A DNA stretch of 64,000 bases from Podarcis erhardii. Taxonomy: Eukaryota. A model generated the notes under the pieces. That model did no database searches, was not told where the DNA came from, and was given only the letters and a program-made list of their open reading frames with translations. Position numbers and translations under genes: made by a program. This document shows positions 23,783-35,799 of the stretch, one piece after another. The stretch lies in the NCBI GenBank assembly GCA_964252035.1, contig OZ176205.1. One strand, written 5' to 3'. Positions within the stretch are counted from its first letter, which is position 1. Each line of letters begins with the position of its first letter.

Positions 23783-24937
23783 TAAGAACATATGAAGAGA
23801 CCTGCTGGATCAGACCAAAGGCCATCTAGTCCAGCATCCTGTTCTCACAGTGGCCATCCAGATGCCTAGTGCCACAGCACTCCCTCTATTTGTGATTCCT
23901 ATTGACTGGTAGGCAGAAGTGTCTCAGACAGTGGAGGTATCCATCATATCTAGTGGTTATGAATAGCCCTGTCCTCCAGGAATTTGTCTAATCCTCCTGT
24001 CTTGCCAAAGGCAAGGTGGTTCTTTTAAAATGAGATTCAGAAGCAATACAAAATACACAAGTGAGCGAGAAGTTTAAATATTTTATTCTAAAACAGCACG
24101 CAAGGTATACATATACCAAGCAAGCACTTCAACCTGCCACTTGGAAGCCTTCAAGAAGTGGCGAAGCGACTCCCCCAAGTACCCTCAGTTTGCACGGCCC
24201 TGTGGCCGATCAGTCTGTGCATGAACTTCAAAGAAACTCTGCCCAAACCGTCCGATATTATAGACAGCCTGTGTGGCTTCCAAGACTGGCTACATGCAGA
24301 TCACCCATTAGCCACCCCCTCCCAAGGCCTCACTTTCTCAAAACAATGTCCAGCAATGTCCAAGGTACCCAGAATTATCCTCCACAACTGATGAAGGCAG
24401 CTGTGTGTGGGGCTTCACCTCCTCCCAAAGTTCTCAGGACATTAAAGACTGTTCTCACAGTGTCAAAAAACTTAACAAGAGCAAGGGAGGGGAGAGCAAC
24501 AGAGGCAGGAAGGGTAACCGTGTCAGATCACTAACTCCTCAATACATTTTGTTTTCCAGATGCATTTCCTATACACCTCCAAAATAGTGGCTATCTCCAC
24601 ATCCTGTGAGAGCAAGTACTTATATAGTACTTCTTTTTGTCTGCCCTGAATTTCCCAATATTCAGCTTCATTGGAAGGCCTAATATTCTGGAAGACAGAG
24701 AACAGCTTCTCTCCATCCACGTTCTCCATGCCATGCAAAATTGTAGACATCACTATCATGTCCCTACCTTATAGACCTTTTTTCTAATCTGGAAATCCCT
24801 AAATGTTGTAACCTTTCCTCATAAGATGGTTGTACCAGCCCTTTGATCTTTTTAGTTGCCCTGGCCTTTTCTGAAACTTTTCCAACTCTACAGAATATAT
24901 TTTTAGGGGAGGTGACCTGAATGGTACACAGTATGCC
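23783..24937 (-). mobile_element. CR1 LINE 3' fragment interrupted by a solo LTR
   Basis: taagaacat...gacctgctggatcagacc...aatttgtctaatcctc breaks off and resumes at 24576 with gtggctatc...ttcagcttcattgg...ctctccatccacgttctccatgcc. Confidence 0.75.
23998..24575 (-). mobile_element. Solo LTR (578 bp)
   Basis: TG...CA termini (TGTATAGG...GGCAAGACA on minus), 5-bp TSD cctcc (23993-23997 and 24576-24580), AATAAA about 85 nt before the 3' end. Confidence 0.8.
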
Positions 24938-25071
24938 CAGTGCTTTTCCTCCCTAGAAAAATAGGTGCTGGTACCATGAAATTGTTACAGTAAGTGCCAC
25001 ACTTTTTAACAACAACAAAAGGAGGTGCTGGTATTGCGTACCCTTGAGTACCCCCTGGAAAAAAAGCACTG
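24938..25071. mobile_element. hAT-type MITE
   Basis: TIRs cagtgctttt / aaaagcactg, perfect 8-bp TSD agtatgcc. Confidence 0.85.
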
Positions 25072-27971
25072 AGTATGCCTAGTACTGTGTTGTCCCACCA
25101 TAATTTGATGAGCAGATAGGGCCAAGGAAAGAGTCTGGCAGCCAAGCACTCTAGCAGACAATGCTGAAGACAACACAATCTGGACTGAAACATGCCTTAT
25201 GAAGAAAGTGGGATCTAAAAATGAATGCAAGCAAATATTTAGACCAGACAAAAGCAATCAGGTAAGCCACAGGCCACAAGGCAATTCACATACGTAAGAC
25301 ACATATGGGCACCCTATTGCTTTTAGAGGATATTGGTCCCATTTTACAAGTGGGGCACAGCACCCTATGTGAGTCAGATAACCATGGGAGAGAATGCACA
25401 AATAGTTAAACATTAATAAAGAGTGTGCCTCTGAGCATATTCAGAGTAATTCCCCTTGCTGCTTAACACCTGCAGCTTTCCCTTCCTCCCTGCACTTAGA
25501 ATTTAGGAATAGTGCGCAGCTGAGCATATGTTTTTCACTTGTTACTAAACAACTGCAGTTTTCCTTTCCCTATACTTTTATAAATACAAAGGAGGGCTGA
25601 TGATGTGATGGCATGTTTCCTACATAGATGAACGCTCCAGTATAGGTTTTACTAGAAATTAAGAACTGTTCAAAAAGCAAAGAGGAAAAAAGGCACTGTC
25701 TTCCTCTGTTGTCAGCAAACTAAAAGCAGAGAATTCTCATATGCAGTTTACGCAACAAACTGTATTCCTAACCCAGAGCCCCCTGTTTATTGACATTCAT
25801 CCTGATTTGCTTGCACAAAGCTTACGCAGAAGTTATACTTTAGCTAGTCTTTGCTGAGTATTCATTCTGATTTGTTTGCAGGGTAGTTAGTTATATGACA
25901 ATTAGCATCCATTCAGATTTTATTGCAGGGTGTTTATACGTCTTCCCATTAGTCATTTGCTCATTGCACATGTTTTCAGTGCATTTCCCCATCACTTTCC
26001 AAACTGCAAAAAGTCTGGTGTTTTTGTGTGAAGTGGATTTGTTGCCCAGAATCCTTTAATCTGCTTTAACTGTGCAAATCTAAATTTCCAGCATGTATTT
26101 GCATCCCTTCTGAAAGATAGTGAAAGTTCGGAGGCACCGTTAGTTTCTCCCCCACATTTTTTTACAGCTCTGGCTGCATTCACATCTAATGCTAAGCAAA
26201 GCCATAGTTTAGTGTGAACTGGCTGCTGGGGAGAAGATTACAGCTGCTCCTCTGTGGCCCCTTTAGCTCAGTGGGGTGCAGCACCAAAGCCAAGGGTGGC
26301 TTAGTGAGTTGTCTGAACTTGGGATACGGATTAAGCTCTTGCCTCCTTAACAATTATCTACAGTACAGCCAAGATTTGTTACTGGCTACATATTGCAGCT
26401 TAGCTACCCAACTGAGCTAAAAAGCCTAGGGAGGAACAAAACAGGTGAAAGCTCCTCTCTGGGAGCCAGCCTATTTTGCACAGTCCTGGTGAGCCACACA
26501 CATCAATCACATGGATGAAATCTCAGCAAGAGTCTTGTTGCTTTCCAACACACTGGTTAGAAAAGGAAACACACCCAAGCCTTGTTAAACTTGTAAAAAC
26601 AAGCCACCGAAACCCAGCATGATTCAGCCACACCACCCTAATCTCTCAATAAAAATAGTTATTTAGAAAGCCCTTGTTGATCCCAGAAAGTGGCAAAACA
26701 GGGAAGGCAGTGCCTTTGGTTGGGTCAAATCTTGGCAGGATGTTCCCCTCCCCTAATTGTCCTCTGGAACAGGGTCCAAGCTTTTGAGTCCACCATCAGA
26801 AGCAGTGGCGCTTGCATTCTAAAGCTGCTCACAACGTCCCCGTCATCCCCTGCTTGCCACCACACAGGCTGTGTGCAATTCCCTCCCATATACTCCCCAT
26901 ATCCAAGAAAAACAACCTTGGGGTGGTGGTAGTAGATTAGGAACAACTCAGAGATCAGATAATGCTTATCTTGGCAAGATTCAAAACTTCTCACAGTCTC
27001 ACGCACAAAAGGTGGTTCAGTCAAAGGTGATTTGACACCTTGCCAATGTTGGGCCTCTCAGGAATCCACCAAGACTTTGTTCTAGGAAGCAGTAGCACAA
27101 CTTTGCCTTCCTTGTTTGGAACCTTTCTGCTCTAACTTCACTGTGATAAATATTTCTCATGCGCCTCCAAAGCACCAGCTATATTGACCAACTGCAGAAA
27201 TTGAACTTAGTAGACATTGCCACCCCCCTTCCCAACAAGTCTGCACCAAGAATTCCCACCAGGTGATACTCTGCCTTTTCTCAGGTGACTCCAGCTGTTG
27301 TTCTACTCCAATCTATGACAGTCTTACTGTAGCTCTGTTCTCTCAGATCTCTTATCCCCAGGCTGGCTGTGGCGTACTTTATCTCTCATTCAAGGTCTCT
27401 CCACCCAGAAGGGGCTGGGAGAGAGGAGGTGCTTGGCTGGGGGCTAGATACACAGATGTCCTTGAAGAATTTCAGAGCAGCATGAATTGCGTTCACCACT
27501 GCCATACACCCAGCGGTACTTGTTTTTCATTCAGAGACATCACATTCAGGAACTGAAGAAATACCATGCAGTACCAGGCCAGGAACACTGGAAAGCATTA
27601 TGTTCTTGGAAGATGACAGGACTGCATCCTGGGAGTTTTCAGTTACATTGAGGAATACATTACTGTGTGATGAGATGGGCCGCCTTGCTATAAAGCAAAA
27701 GGAAGCAATTGTTACAGGCTGTGCTATTTTTCTAGAAAAAGAAGTGCCGGAACTCACCATGAATGCCTCCATTGTTCTCTTATCATGGCAACGGTGTCCG
27801 CCTGAAGGATGCTGGAACTGAGTTCCGGTGAGTTCTGGATGAAAAGAAGCTCTGGTTATAGGCAACAGATTCCAAAAGAGACAAACTGTACCCACTCAAC
27901 TTGCATTATTGTGATGGGGTGGTATATGTTGACTTTTTGCTTCAGATGAAAAATTGTTTTAAGATTAGTAA

Positions 27972-28350
27972 GTAAAGATAAAAGGTAAAGGGCTGCTGGA
28001 TGGTTAAGTCCAGTCAAAGGCAACTATGGGGTTGTGGTGCTCATCTCACTTTCAGGCCAAGGGAACTGGCGTTTGTCCACAGACAACTTTCCGAGTCATT
28101 TGACCAGCATGACTAAACTGCTTCTGGTGCAACACAACACTGTGGTGAAAGCCAGAGCACACGGAAACACCGTTTACCTTCCTGCTGCAGTGGTACATAT
28201 TTATCTATTTGCACTGGTGTGATTTGAACTGCTAGGTTGGCAGAAGCTGGGACAGAGCAACAGGAGCTCACCCCATTGAGCAGATTCAAACTGCCGACCT
28301 TCAAATTGGCAAGAGGCTCAGTGGTTTAGACCACAGTGCCACCCGCGTCC
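27972..28350 (-). mobile_element. Sauria SINE
   Basis: Reverse complement of the 2767 family, including gtggtttagaccacagtgccacccgcgtcc head and ggtaaagg tail. Confidence 0.85.
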
Positions 28351-29569
28351 AACTAGTATGACTGGTACAGCATGGTGAGATATCCATGAGTATATGAAAA
28401 ACAGTTCCTTTGAGTTTCCAATTCAGGCATGAACTCCCTAATATTCCTACTCTAAAGTATATGAGAGGACAGATTTGACAATGAGCAGTCAACTATGGGG
28501 TTGGAGGAAATTTAACTGAATGTGAACTGACATGAGAGAACCTGGGTGGAAAACTGGTTTTCTGGGATAATATAAGTGATTTGATTGAGTGATGTGAGGT
28601 ACAAGTGAAATAGAGTTCCTCTGAACATGTGCAGAACACCTCTGCCTTGCAAGAGAGAAGCTGTCATGTATAATACATTTTGAAACGGGATTTCCTGAGC
28701 AAATTATATGGCTTCCAGACTGTCCCTTAAGGCCCCGTACTCATGTTACCCCAACAACGCTGGAAGTGCTGCAGTGCTGCTCCTTCTTGCATTGCTGGGG
28801 TAACAGTGAGAAGCCCAGACCATGAGTAACAAAGCCCACATCACAGCTTCTTCCTGTGCCAATGCTAACCATTAAGATACACTCTTGTACCATGCAGGAG
28901 TGGTGCTGCTGCAGATCCCATACTAGCAGAGTAACGTAAGAACCTAGAAATTATGTCCTGTCCCCATTTTCTTGCCAGGTTTCTGTACGACTAGTACCTA
29001 CAGGCCATTCCCAATCAAGCCCCGCCCCCAAGTATTGGCCTTCTCCAAATCTATACCTTTCCAGCAGTACACACACACTCTTTTCCCTCACAATAGTCCC
29101 ACCCCACTTTAGAAGCCCTGAAGGGAGAGAAAAGTATTTCCCAAGATCTGATAAAGACACATGCAAACCTGATGTACCTGGAACTGGGAGTAGAGAGTGC
29201 AGCTGAGTGGGACACCGTGGAGGGCAGCCTGAGGAAGTCCCATCCACCTTGGATCTGCAAGTCTCCGAGAGGATAGGGTGATTTCTGAGATTTCCAGGAA
29301 CTCTTCTCGTGAAACTTTTGTTGGTGAGCTGAGAGTTTGTTTCGACCCTGGGTGCTGAGAGGGAGGGTGTTGTCAGAAGGAAAATGCATTGATATGGATT
29401 TAAATATAGTGGTAACTTTCTATTACTGTAATATTTTTATGTGTGTTTTTGTAATATTTTGTTTTGTCTGCTGTTGCTGTTTCAGCTTATTGTAAACCGT
29501 TTAAGAGATATTTTAAATAAGCAGCACAAAAATTAAATAATCAGTCATCATCATCAACATTATAAAGTA

Positions 29570-29795
29570 CCGTGGTACCTCAGGTTAAGTACTTAATTCG
29601 TTCCAGAGGTCTGTACTTAACCTGAAACTGTTCTTAACCTGAAGCACCACTTTAGCTAATGGGGCCTCCTGCTGCTGCTGCGCCGCCGGAGCATGATTTC
29701 TGTTCTCATCCTGAAGCAAAGTTCTTAACCTGAGGTAATATTTCTGGGTTAGTGGAGTCTGTAACCTGAAGCATATGTAACCCGAGGTACCAATG
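29570..29795 (+). mobile_element. Tigger/pogo-like MITE (8005 family)
   Basis: gtggtacctcaggttaag...cccgaggtaccaatg with TA flanks. Confidence 0.8.
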
Positions 29796-30199
29796 TATGC
29801 CACTTCCTTGTGCCTTTCCACTGAAATCTAAAACTGTTAGGAGTGTGTGAAAATGAGAGGTTCGATCTAAAGGCCTATTCTTAAAAATACTTTCAAGATT
29901 GAATTGCAAAGCTCCTCCTCACATAAAAAAATAAAAATAACAGCGAGTCTTCAAGCGCTGCAAATACTTAACAAGGCTGCCCACTCAGTGGTGGCGGTAT
30001 GAAAGCAATGTATTTTAAGAACATTCCTTGGGATTTTTTAAAAATAAAATAATTGTAGCACAAACAGTGTTATCAACAAAGGTAAAATAAACGCTCTTGG
30101 TTGTTGTTGGTTGTTTTTTTTTGGGGGGGGGGGAATGGCGTTGTAGGAAAGGAGATTGCGGCTCCGGTATACGCAGCCCATTGAACGGCTGATAAGCGT

Positions 30200-30399
30200 A
30201 GCAACTGCTTTTGCTTAGGACCTGCGAGCCGGTGGAAGATGTTGGCGGAGCTCCACGTGCGCCCTGGGGACACTCGCCTTCCGCTTCCGACCGCGTGTTG
30301 CGGAGCCCCTCCTTGCGGGAGATTCAAGTCAGCGGCGGGAGGAGGAGGAGTTCCGGCGCCTGCCTGCCTGCCTGCCCGCTGCGTGAAAGTCACTTTCAC
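30200..30399 (+). promoter_or_regulatory. HPDL: HPDL CpG-island promoter and probable non-coding exon 1
   Basis: CpG-rich block, CACGTG E-boxes, donor CAC|GTGAGG at 30400; acceptor ttctgtag|G at 30841 lies 50 nt before the ATG. Confidence 0.5.
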
Positions 30400-30891
30400 G
30401 TGAGGAATCAAAGACACACGGCAGATAAGCTTTCAATCAGGAGGCCTGAGGCAAGATCTAAAGGGGGAAGAGAGGGAGAGGATAGACTCTGAAACTAGGC
30501 AGAGAGACAAGGAGAAACGTGCAGATTTCTGGGGGAGGGGCAGATTCCTGGATTCCTTTGATTTTTCAGGCACACGTCAGCCGAAGGGAGATGGCATAGA
30601 GCTGCCTCCTCCTCCTCCTGCCCCCCCTACAAAACCTGGAGGCACTAACAGAACAGGCCCCTGTTCCCATCCAGGGAAGGGACCACTAGGGTCATCTAGC
30701 CCAACCCCCTCTGTAATGCAGGGAACATTTGCCTAACCTGGGACTCGAACTCATGAGCCCGTGATTAAGAGTCTTGTGCTCTACCCACTGAGCTTCCCCA
30801 CCCCACAACAACTGAGCTGGCTTTCTTTTCTGTTTCTGTAGGTCTAGCAGCAAAAGTTGTGTTACCATTGACCACCCTTTCAAACTGCATA

Positions 30892-32094
30892 ATGCCTGGT
30901 CTTCTGAACCGGATGTGCCACATTGGGTTCCACGTCCCTGAGGGGCAACAGCTGGCCAGCAACTTGGTGCGCCAGTTTGGATTCGAGCTGTTTGCTGCAC
31001 GGATGGCAGAATGGAGCAGGCAGATGGCCTTCCGGAGAGGGGATGCCGTTTTTCTCGTCAATGAAAGGCTGAAGTCTGCCAAGAGAGACGCTCCACCTGT
31101 GCCATCTTCAGGCTGCCTCAAGGATAAAGGAATTCTGTACGACGTGGACCTAGAATACGCCGTCAGTACAGCCTCCAACATTTGCTTTGAGGCAGAAGAT
31201 GTACCTGGCATCTCCCAAAGCCTACAGGAACGAGGATGCCAGATTCTCATCCCTCCCACAGCCGTGGGAGATGAAAATGGCCACGTCACTTATTCAGTAG
31301 TGGGATCCATCATAGGCAACATCAGCCACACACTGCTTGACAGATCTCGGTACAGTGGACCGTTCCTGCCTGGTTTCCACATGGTGGAGGGTGCTCCCAA
31401 GGTCCAGGTGGGTGGCCAGGTGACACATTTTGACCATATCACCTATGCTTGCCCCCAAGGTAGCTCGCAAGCTGTGTTGGACTGGTACAAGAACTGTTTG
31501 GGATTCCAGCGCTTCCCCATCCACCAGCAAGACAACGGTACTGATGGTTATGCAATCCAGGGTGCTGGTATGGGTCTTCGTCTTACTGCCATGCAGTCCA
31601 ATGGGAGCGATTCGACTCAGCTTCGCAATGACTGTAAAATTATTCTAGCTGAGTCTTTGTCAGAGCAAAAGAAGAACCAGGTGGATACTTTCTTAGAGCA
31701 GCACGGTGGATCGGGCATCCAACACGTGGCACTCTACACCACAGGTATTATAGGGGCCGCTGCGGCCATGGCCAGATCTGGCGCAAACTTTTTCAAGCCC
31801 CCCTTATCATACTACAGTGAGAAAAGGAAGGTGGAGGAGATAAGGCAAGCTGGGCAAAATCTTCAGCTCCTGAAGGACCACGGTATCCTTTTGGATGCTG
31901 GCGTAGGAGGCAACGGTGGCTCTGGAGGCCTTTGTGAGAAGCAATACCTCATGCAGATCTTCACAAAGCCTCTCTTTACAGAGGATACTTTCTTCCTGGA
32001 GCTTATAGAGCGATGTGGGGCCACAGGGTTTGGCGAGGGAAACATTCGTGCTCTCTGGCAGTCTGTACAAAACTATATGGACCAGCAAGTTTGA
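30892..32094 (+). CDS. HPDL: 4-hydroxyphenylpyruvate dioxygenase-like protein, 400 aa, uninterrupted CDS
   Basis: MPGLLNRMCHIGFHVP..; Fe ligands FDHIT, IQHVA, FLELI; C-terminus GATGFGEGNIRALWQSVQ; first ATG is 30892. Confidence 0.96.
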   Translation: MPGLLNRMCHIGFHVPEGQQLASNLVRQFGFELFAARMAEWSRQMAFRRGDAVFLVNERLKSAKRDAPPVPSSGCLKDKGILYDVDLEYAVSTASNICFEAEDVPGISQSLQERGCQILIPPTAVGDENGHVTYSVVGSIIGNISHTLLDRSRYSGPFLPGFHMVEGAPKVQVGGQVTHFDHITYACPQGSSQAVLDWYKNCLGFQRFPIHQQDNGTDGYAIQGAGMGLRLTAMQSNGSDSTQLRNDCKIILAESLSEQKKNQVDTFLEQHGGSGIQHVALYTTGIIGAAAAMARSGANFFKPPLSYYSEKRKVEEIRQAGQNLQLLKDHGILLDAGVGGNGGSGGLCEKQYLMQIFTKPLFTEDTFFLELIERCGATGFGEGNIRALWQSVQNYMDQQV

Positions 32095-32812
32095 AGAATG
32101 CGCACCAACACCCCGTTACACAATCTTGTGCTCAGTGTATATGTGAACCTGATGGTGCGAGTTCTGCAAACCTGCTCCTAAGGGGTTGCTTTCCCTGTTA
32201 TATCAATGACATAAGGAGTTCTAGATTATGTGCATACTTCCTAAACTGGCTCTGCACCTCCACCAGAGTTGCTTTCACTGGTGTAAAAAGTATCCATGTG
32301 ATCTGGATGACCCACCTAATCAGAACTTTTTACATATTGCTGACCTATTTTGAGTTGGGAGCTCTAACCACAGCGAAGAAACATTGTGTTGGCAGCTGCA
32401 TCTTGCCTGCAAACAAGTGTGGTCAATACTCCTAGAACAGGGCTTCTCTATTCTGCATCTTTATCAACAAGCTTCACTGCTGGAACAAGCGAGACAAACA
32501 GAAAGCATAGAAATCTGGCTCTTAATTCCTTGTAGATCTGGGGCTCCAGAGGCAAAGACTAAGAAACATGGAAAGGGGTAGTATCAGGTTGGTGCTTGTC
32601 CAACACTGTCCCAGAACAGGAAATGGTGTTCTTCAATAATATGAAATCCATCTTCTTCAGTACAAAACTATGTGCTGAAGCGCTTTTAAAAAACTGTTAC
32701 TTGAATGGTTTCTGTCTCAAGTATATTTGTGATGAGATCACAGCAAAACATTAATATGTTTATTAACAACAATTTAAATTATAAGATTTATTTATAACTT
32801 ATTTAAATTATA

Positions 32813-33738
32813 CAGTGGTGCCCCGCAAGACGAACGCCTCGCAAGACGGAAAACCCGCTAGACGAAAGGGTTTTCCGTTTTGGAGGCGCTTCGCAAGACG
32901 AATTTCCCTATGGGCTTGCTTCGCAAGACGACAGCCCATAGGGAAATCTCTGGGACAGCGGGGAAGCGCAGCTCGTCTTCCCCGCTGTCCTCGGACCTCC
33001 TCCGAAGCCTGGCGGCGGGGCGGGGACACCTCCTCCCGCCGCCGGGCTTCGGAAGGATGCCCCGATGCCGGGCGGCGAGGCGGGAATGCCTCCCCCCGCC
33101 GCCCGGCATCGGAACGATGTCCCGAAGCCGAGCAGCGGGGCGGGAAAGTCTCCCCCCGCTGCCCGGCATCGGAACGATGTCCCGATGCCGGGCGGTGAGG
33201 CGGGAAAGTCTCCCCCCGCCGCCCGGCATCGGAACGATGTCCCGAAGCTGGGCGGCGAGGCGGGAAAGCCTCCCCCCGCCGCCCGGCTTCGGGGCATCGT
33301 CCCGATGCCGGGCGGCGGGGCGAGAAAGCCTCCCCGCGCCGCCTGGCATCGGAACGATGTCCCGAAGCCGGGCGGCGGGGCTGCGAAGCCTGGGCGCGCT
33401 GGCAACTCTCCGCAAGGAGCGCTCCCGCTGCTTGCGGAGAGGTCCGCGAAGCCTGTCCTGGACCTCTTCTGAAGGCGGGGGGGGGCAAAAGTCTTTGTCC
33501 CCCCTGCTTGCCTTCCCAGGGGCTTTTAAATCGCCCGGACAGCAGAGAAGTCCTCCGCTGTCCCAGGCGATTTTAAAATGCCGCCCGCCAGAAGAGGTCG
33601 GGGGAAGGCGGTTTCCATAGGAACGCATTAATTGATTTTCAATGCATTCCTATGGAAAACCGTGCATCGCAAGACGAAAAACTCGCAAGACGAAGAAACT
33701 TGCGGAACGAATTAATTTCGTCTTGCGAGGCACCACTG
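32813..33738. mobile_element. Tc1/mariner-Tigger-like non-autonomous element carrying a GC-rich minisatellite
   Basis: TIRs cagtggtgccccgcaagacgaa / ttcgtcttgcgaggcaccactg, TA TSD. Confidence 0.85.
33005..33390. repeat. 60-bp GC-rich tandem repeat (about 6 units), each unit an inverted repeat
   Basis: Successive 60-nt lines start cccga(t/a)gc; unit contains gcccggcatcgg-aacgatgtc-ccgatgccgggc. Confidence 0.9.
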
Positions 33739-35487
33739 TAACACTGAAATATAATGTTCTTTTAAGTGTTGGGTATAATAGCATTTTTTCTGTTTTAGGT
33801 CTAGCTGGTAATATGTTTTACTATTTCAATTTGGCCTGCTAGTCAGCTGAAGAACAGCTTATTTCTTTAGTAAACTTGCTTAATTTTTGTTACAATTGTG
33901 TTAAGTTTTAAACATCTTTCAATTGTCAGTCTTGTTTGGATATTTATTTGGGCATGTGGAATACTTATAGTAATAAAGATATATTTGTTTAAGTCAGGGT
34001 TGATCTTTTAAAAAAATTCTTAATATCAGTTGAGACTGTTTTTTGTTATATTTGAATTAAAAACACAATTGTGTTAACTTTAAATATTTATTTGTAGTTC
34101 TGTAATAGAACACACTGTTACATGCTTCTCTGCATTAATTCCCTTCTGAGTTTAGAATATTTAGAATCTGATTCTTATCAACATTATGCAACGAACAAGG
34201 TCTTATTTATGTGTTTGCTCACTGTGTGGCTGAGCTTTTATGAACTTGCTGTTTCTTCATCTTGGGGAACAGATACTGCTACTTAGCTGTACTTTACAAA
34301 AAGGACATGCCTAATAGCATATTTTCCAAATTGCTTATGGTGGGGTAGTTACTCTTTTGGTAAATGTTACCAATGTGCCCCTTTTGGTCGCAGGGGTGCA
34401 ATGGGGAGATTATAGAGTAGTCATTTATTGTGCTTTTTTCACATGTGAAATGGCAAATACTAGAAATAGTGAGAAAAGAACTGAAAACTCCACAATATTC
34501 CACCTTTGTATTAACAGATTTCTGAATGCTTGCTTTTAAAGAGACTTTCTTGGTTCCGTGCCAGTGACATGGCTGTGCAGGTATCAACATGCTAGTACAA
34601 TATTTAAGGTTGTGTGTGTGTGTGCCAATTTTCAATGTTACAGTGTGAATAATACAATCAGTTAAGAAGAAGAAAGCATAACTAAATAACCGCCACAGTA
34701 AAAATTCATTAAAATTTTATTAGCAAACCCACAATTAAAACAGGACACTGCATGTACTGAAAAACAGTTTCATCTGTGAACTCCAGCAATTGTGGCATCT
34801 AGTACAGCAGCAAAACACTTTCTTGACTATGGATGTGAGCAAATGGCAATTGCATAGTTACTTGTCCTTGAGAATAAACTAGCTCTAAGAAAGCAGCATT
34901 TAAGAAGGATGCAGAAGAGACATTGAGTCTTTTTGCTTAGCATCCACTGGAGAATAAGTCTTTCAGTCAGCCTGCCTCATATACTTTTTTATAAAGTCCA
35001 TTTTACTGCAGTGTGGCACACCAATAAACTCTGACCTCCTAGGAGCCACTACAGCCACACTTGTTTGAATTGTGCCCGTGTTACGTATTGGAGTGGAGGG
35101 GGGCAATGTTAAAGTCACAACATCCCCATGATGCCCTCATTGCAGCCACCGTGTTTCATTCCAGTATGACCACATCCTTGCTGGAGATCAGTCCCTCATC
35201 TCCGAAACTAAAAGGTAAGGCACATCAGATGAATGGTAATGCAGACGAAACAACTGGACTCATCCCACTGCCCTGAACTCTAGTAAGATTATGGAGCTTA
35301 GCACTGTTTACAACAGGCAGGCACACCTCACTGCCTGGGTAGTGTGATCATCCCAGCTGAGAATCTTGAGACCTTTCGGTGATGCTCATTGAGAAGGCAC
35401 CAATGGGGCTTCCAAGTGTTGGACAAGGTTGCTAGGAGTGGAATGAGGTGTACTCACGTGAGGTCAGGCAGAGCATAGAGACTGCTA

Positions 35488-35604
35488 TCAGTCCCCGGGA
35501 TTTGTTGCAAGAAATGAATCCAGAGAAAGTTGCCTCTTGGAAAAACTACCTTCTTCATGCAGGGTCTGGCTGGTGTGTAGGGAGTCCCGTTTCCTCTTGA
35601 CAAT
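35488..35604 (-). CDS. MUTYH: MUTYH last exon (PIP-box-like QLSLDSFL)
   Basis: IVKRKRDS...KRQLSLDSFLATNPGD*; polyA signal at 34721-34716. Confidence 0.85.
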   Translation of the reverse strand: MVKRKRDSLHTSQTLHEEGSFSKRQLSLDSFLATNPGD

Positions 35605-35799
35605 CTGTACAGTCACACATGCATATGAATTTGACGGAGAAAGCACTGCGGCCACCTCTAAATCCCATCCTCTTGCTTATAGGCCTAACATTGGTAAGAA
35701 GGGTGGAGACAAACCAGCAGGACCCACCCAGTGTGGTTGGAAGGATGTGCAGTTGGCAAGCCTCAAACTGGTGGCTCCCAACATGCAGGACCAGTGATG

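Noticed and set aside
24061-24534. 157-aa ORF, and the idea that the minus AATAAA at about 24085 ends an unknown gene
   Set aside because: Lies wholly inside the solo LTR (TSD-bounded, TG..CA); the signal is the LTR's own
30859-30891. 411-aa HPDL start in the ORF track
   Set aside because: Non-ATG start; the first ATG at 30892 aligns with the known HPDL N-terminus
32808-33628. Overlapping 127-256 aa ORFs on both strands
   Set aside because: They arise from a stop-poor GC-rich 60-bp tandem repeat inside a MITE; the peptides are periodic and have no domain
35450-35462. Strong donor-like CAC|GTGAGT about 30 nt after the MUTYH stop
   Set aside because: No matching acceptor identified; an intron this close to the stop would not trigger NMD
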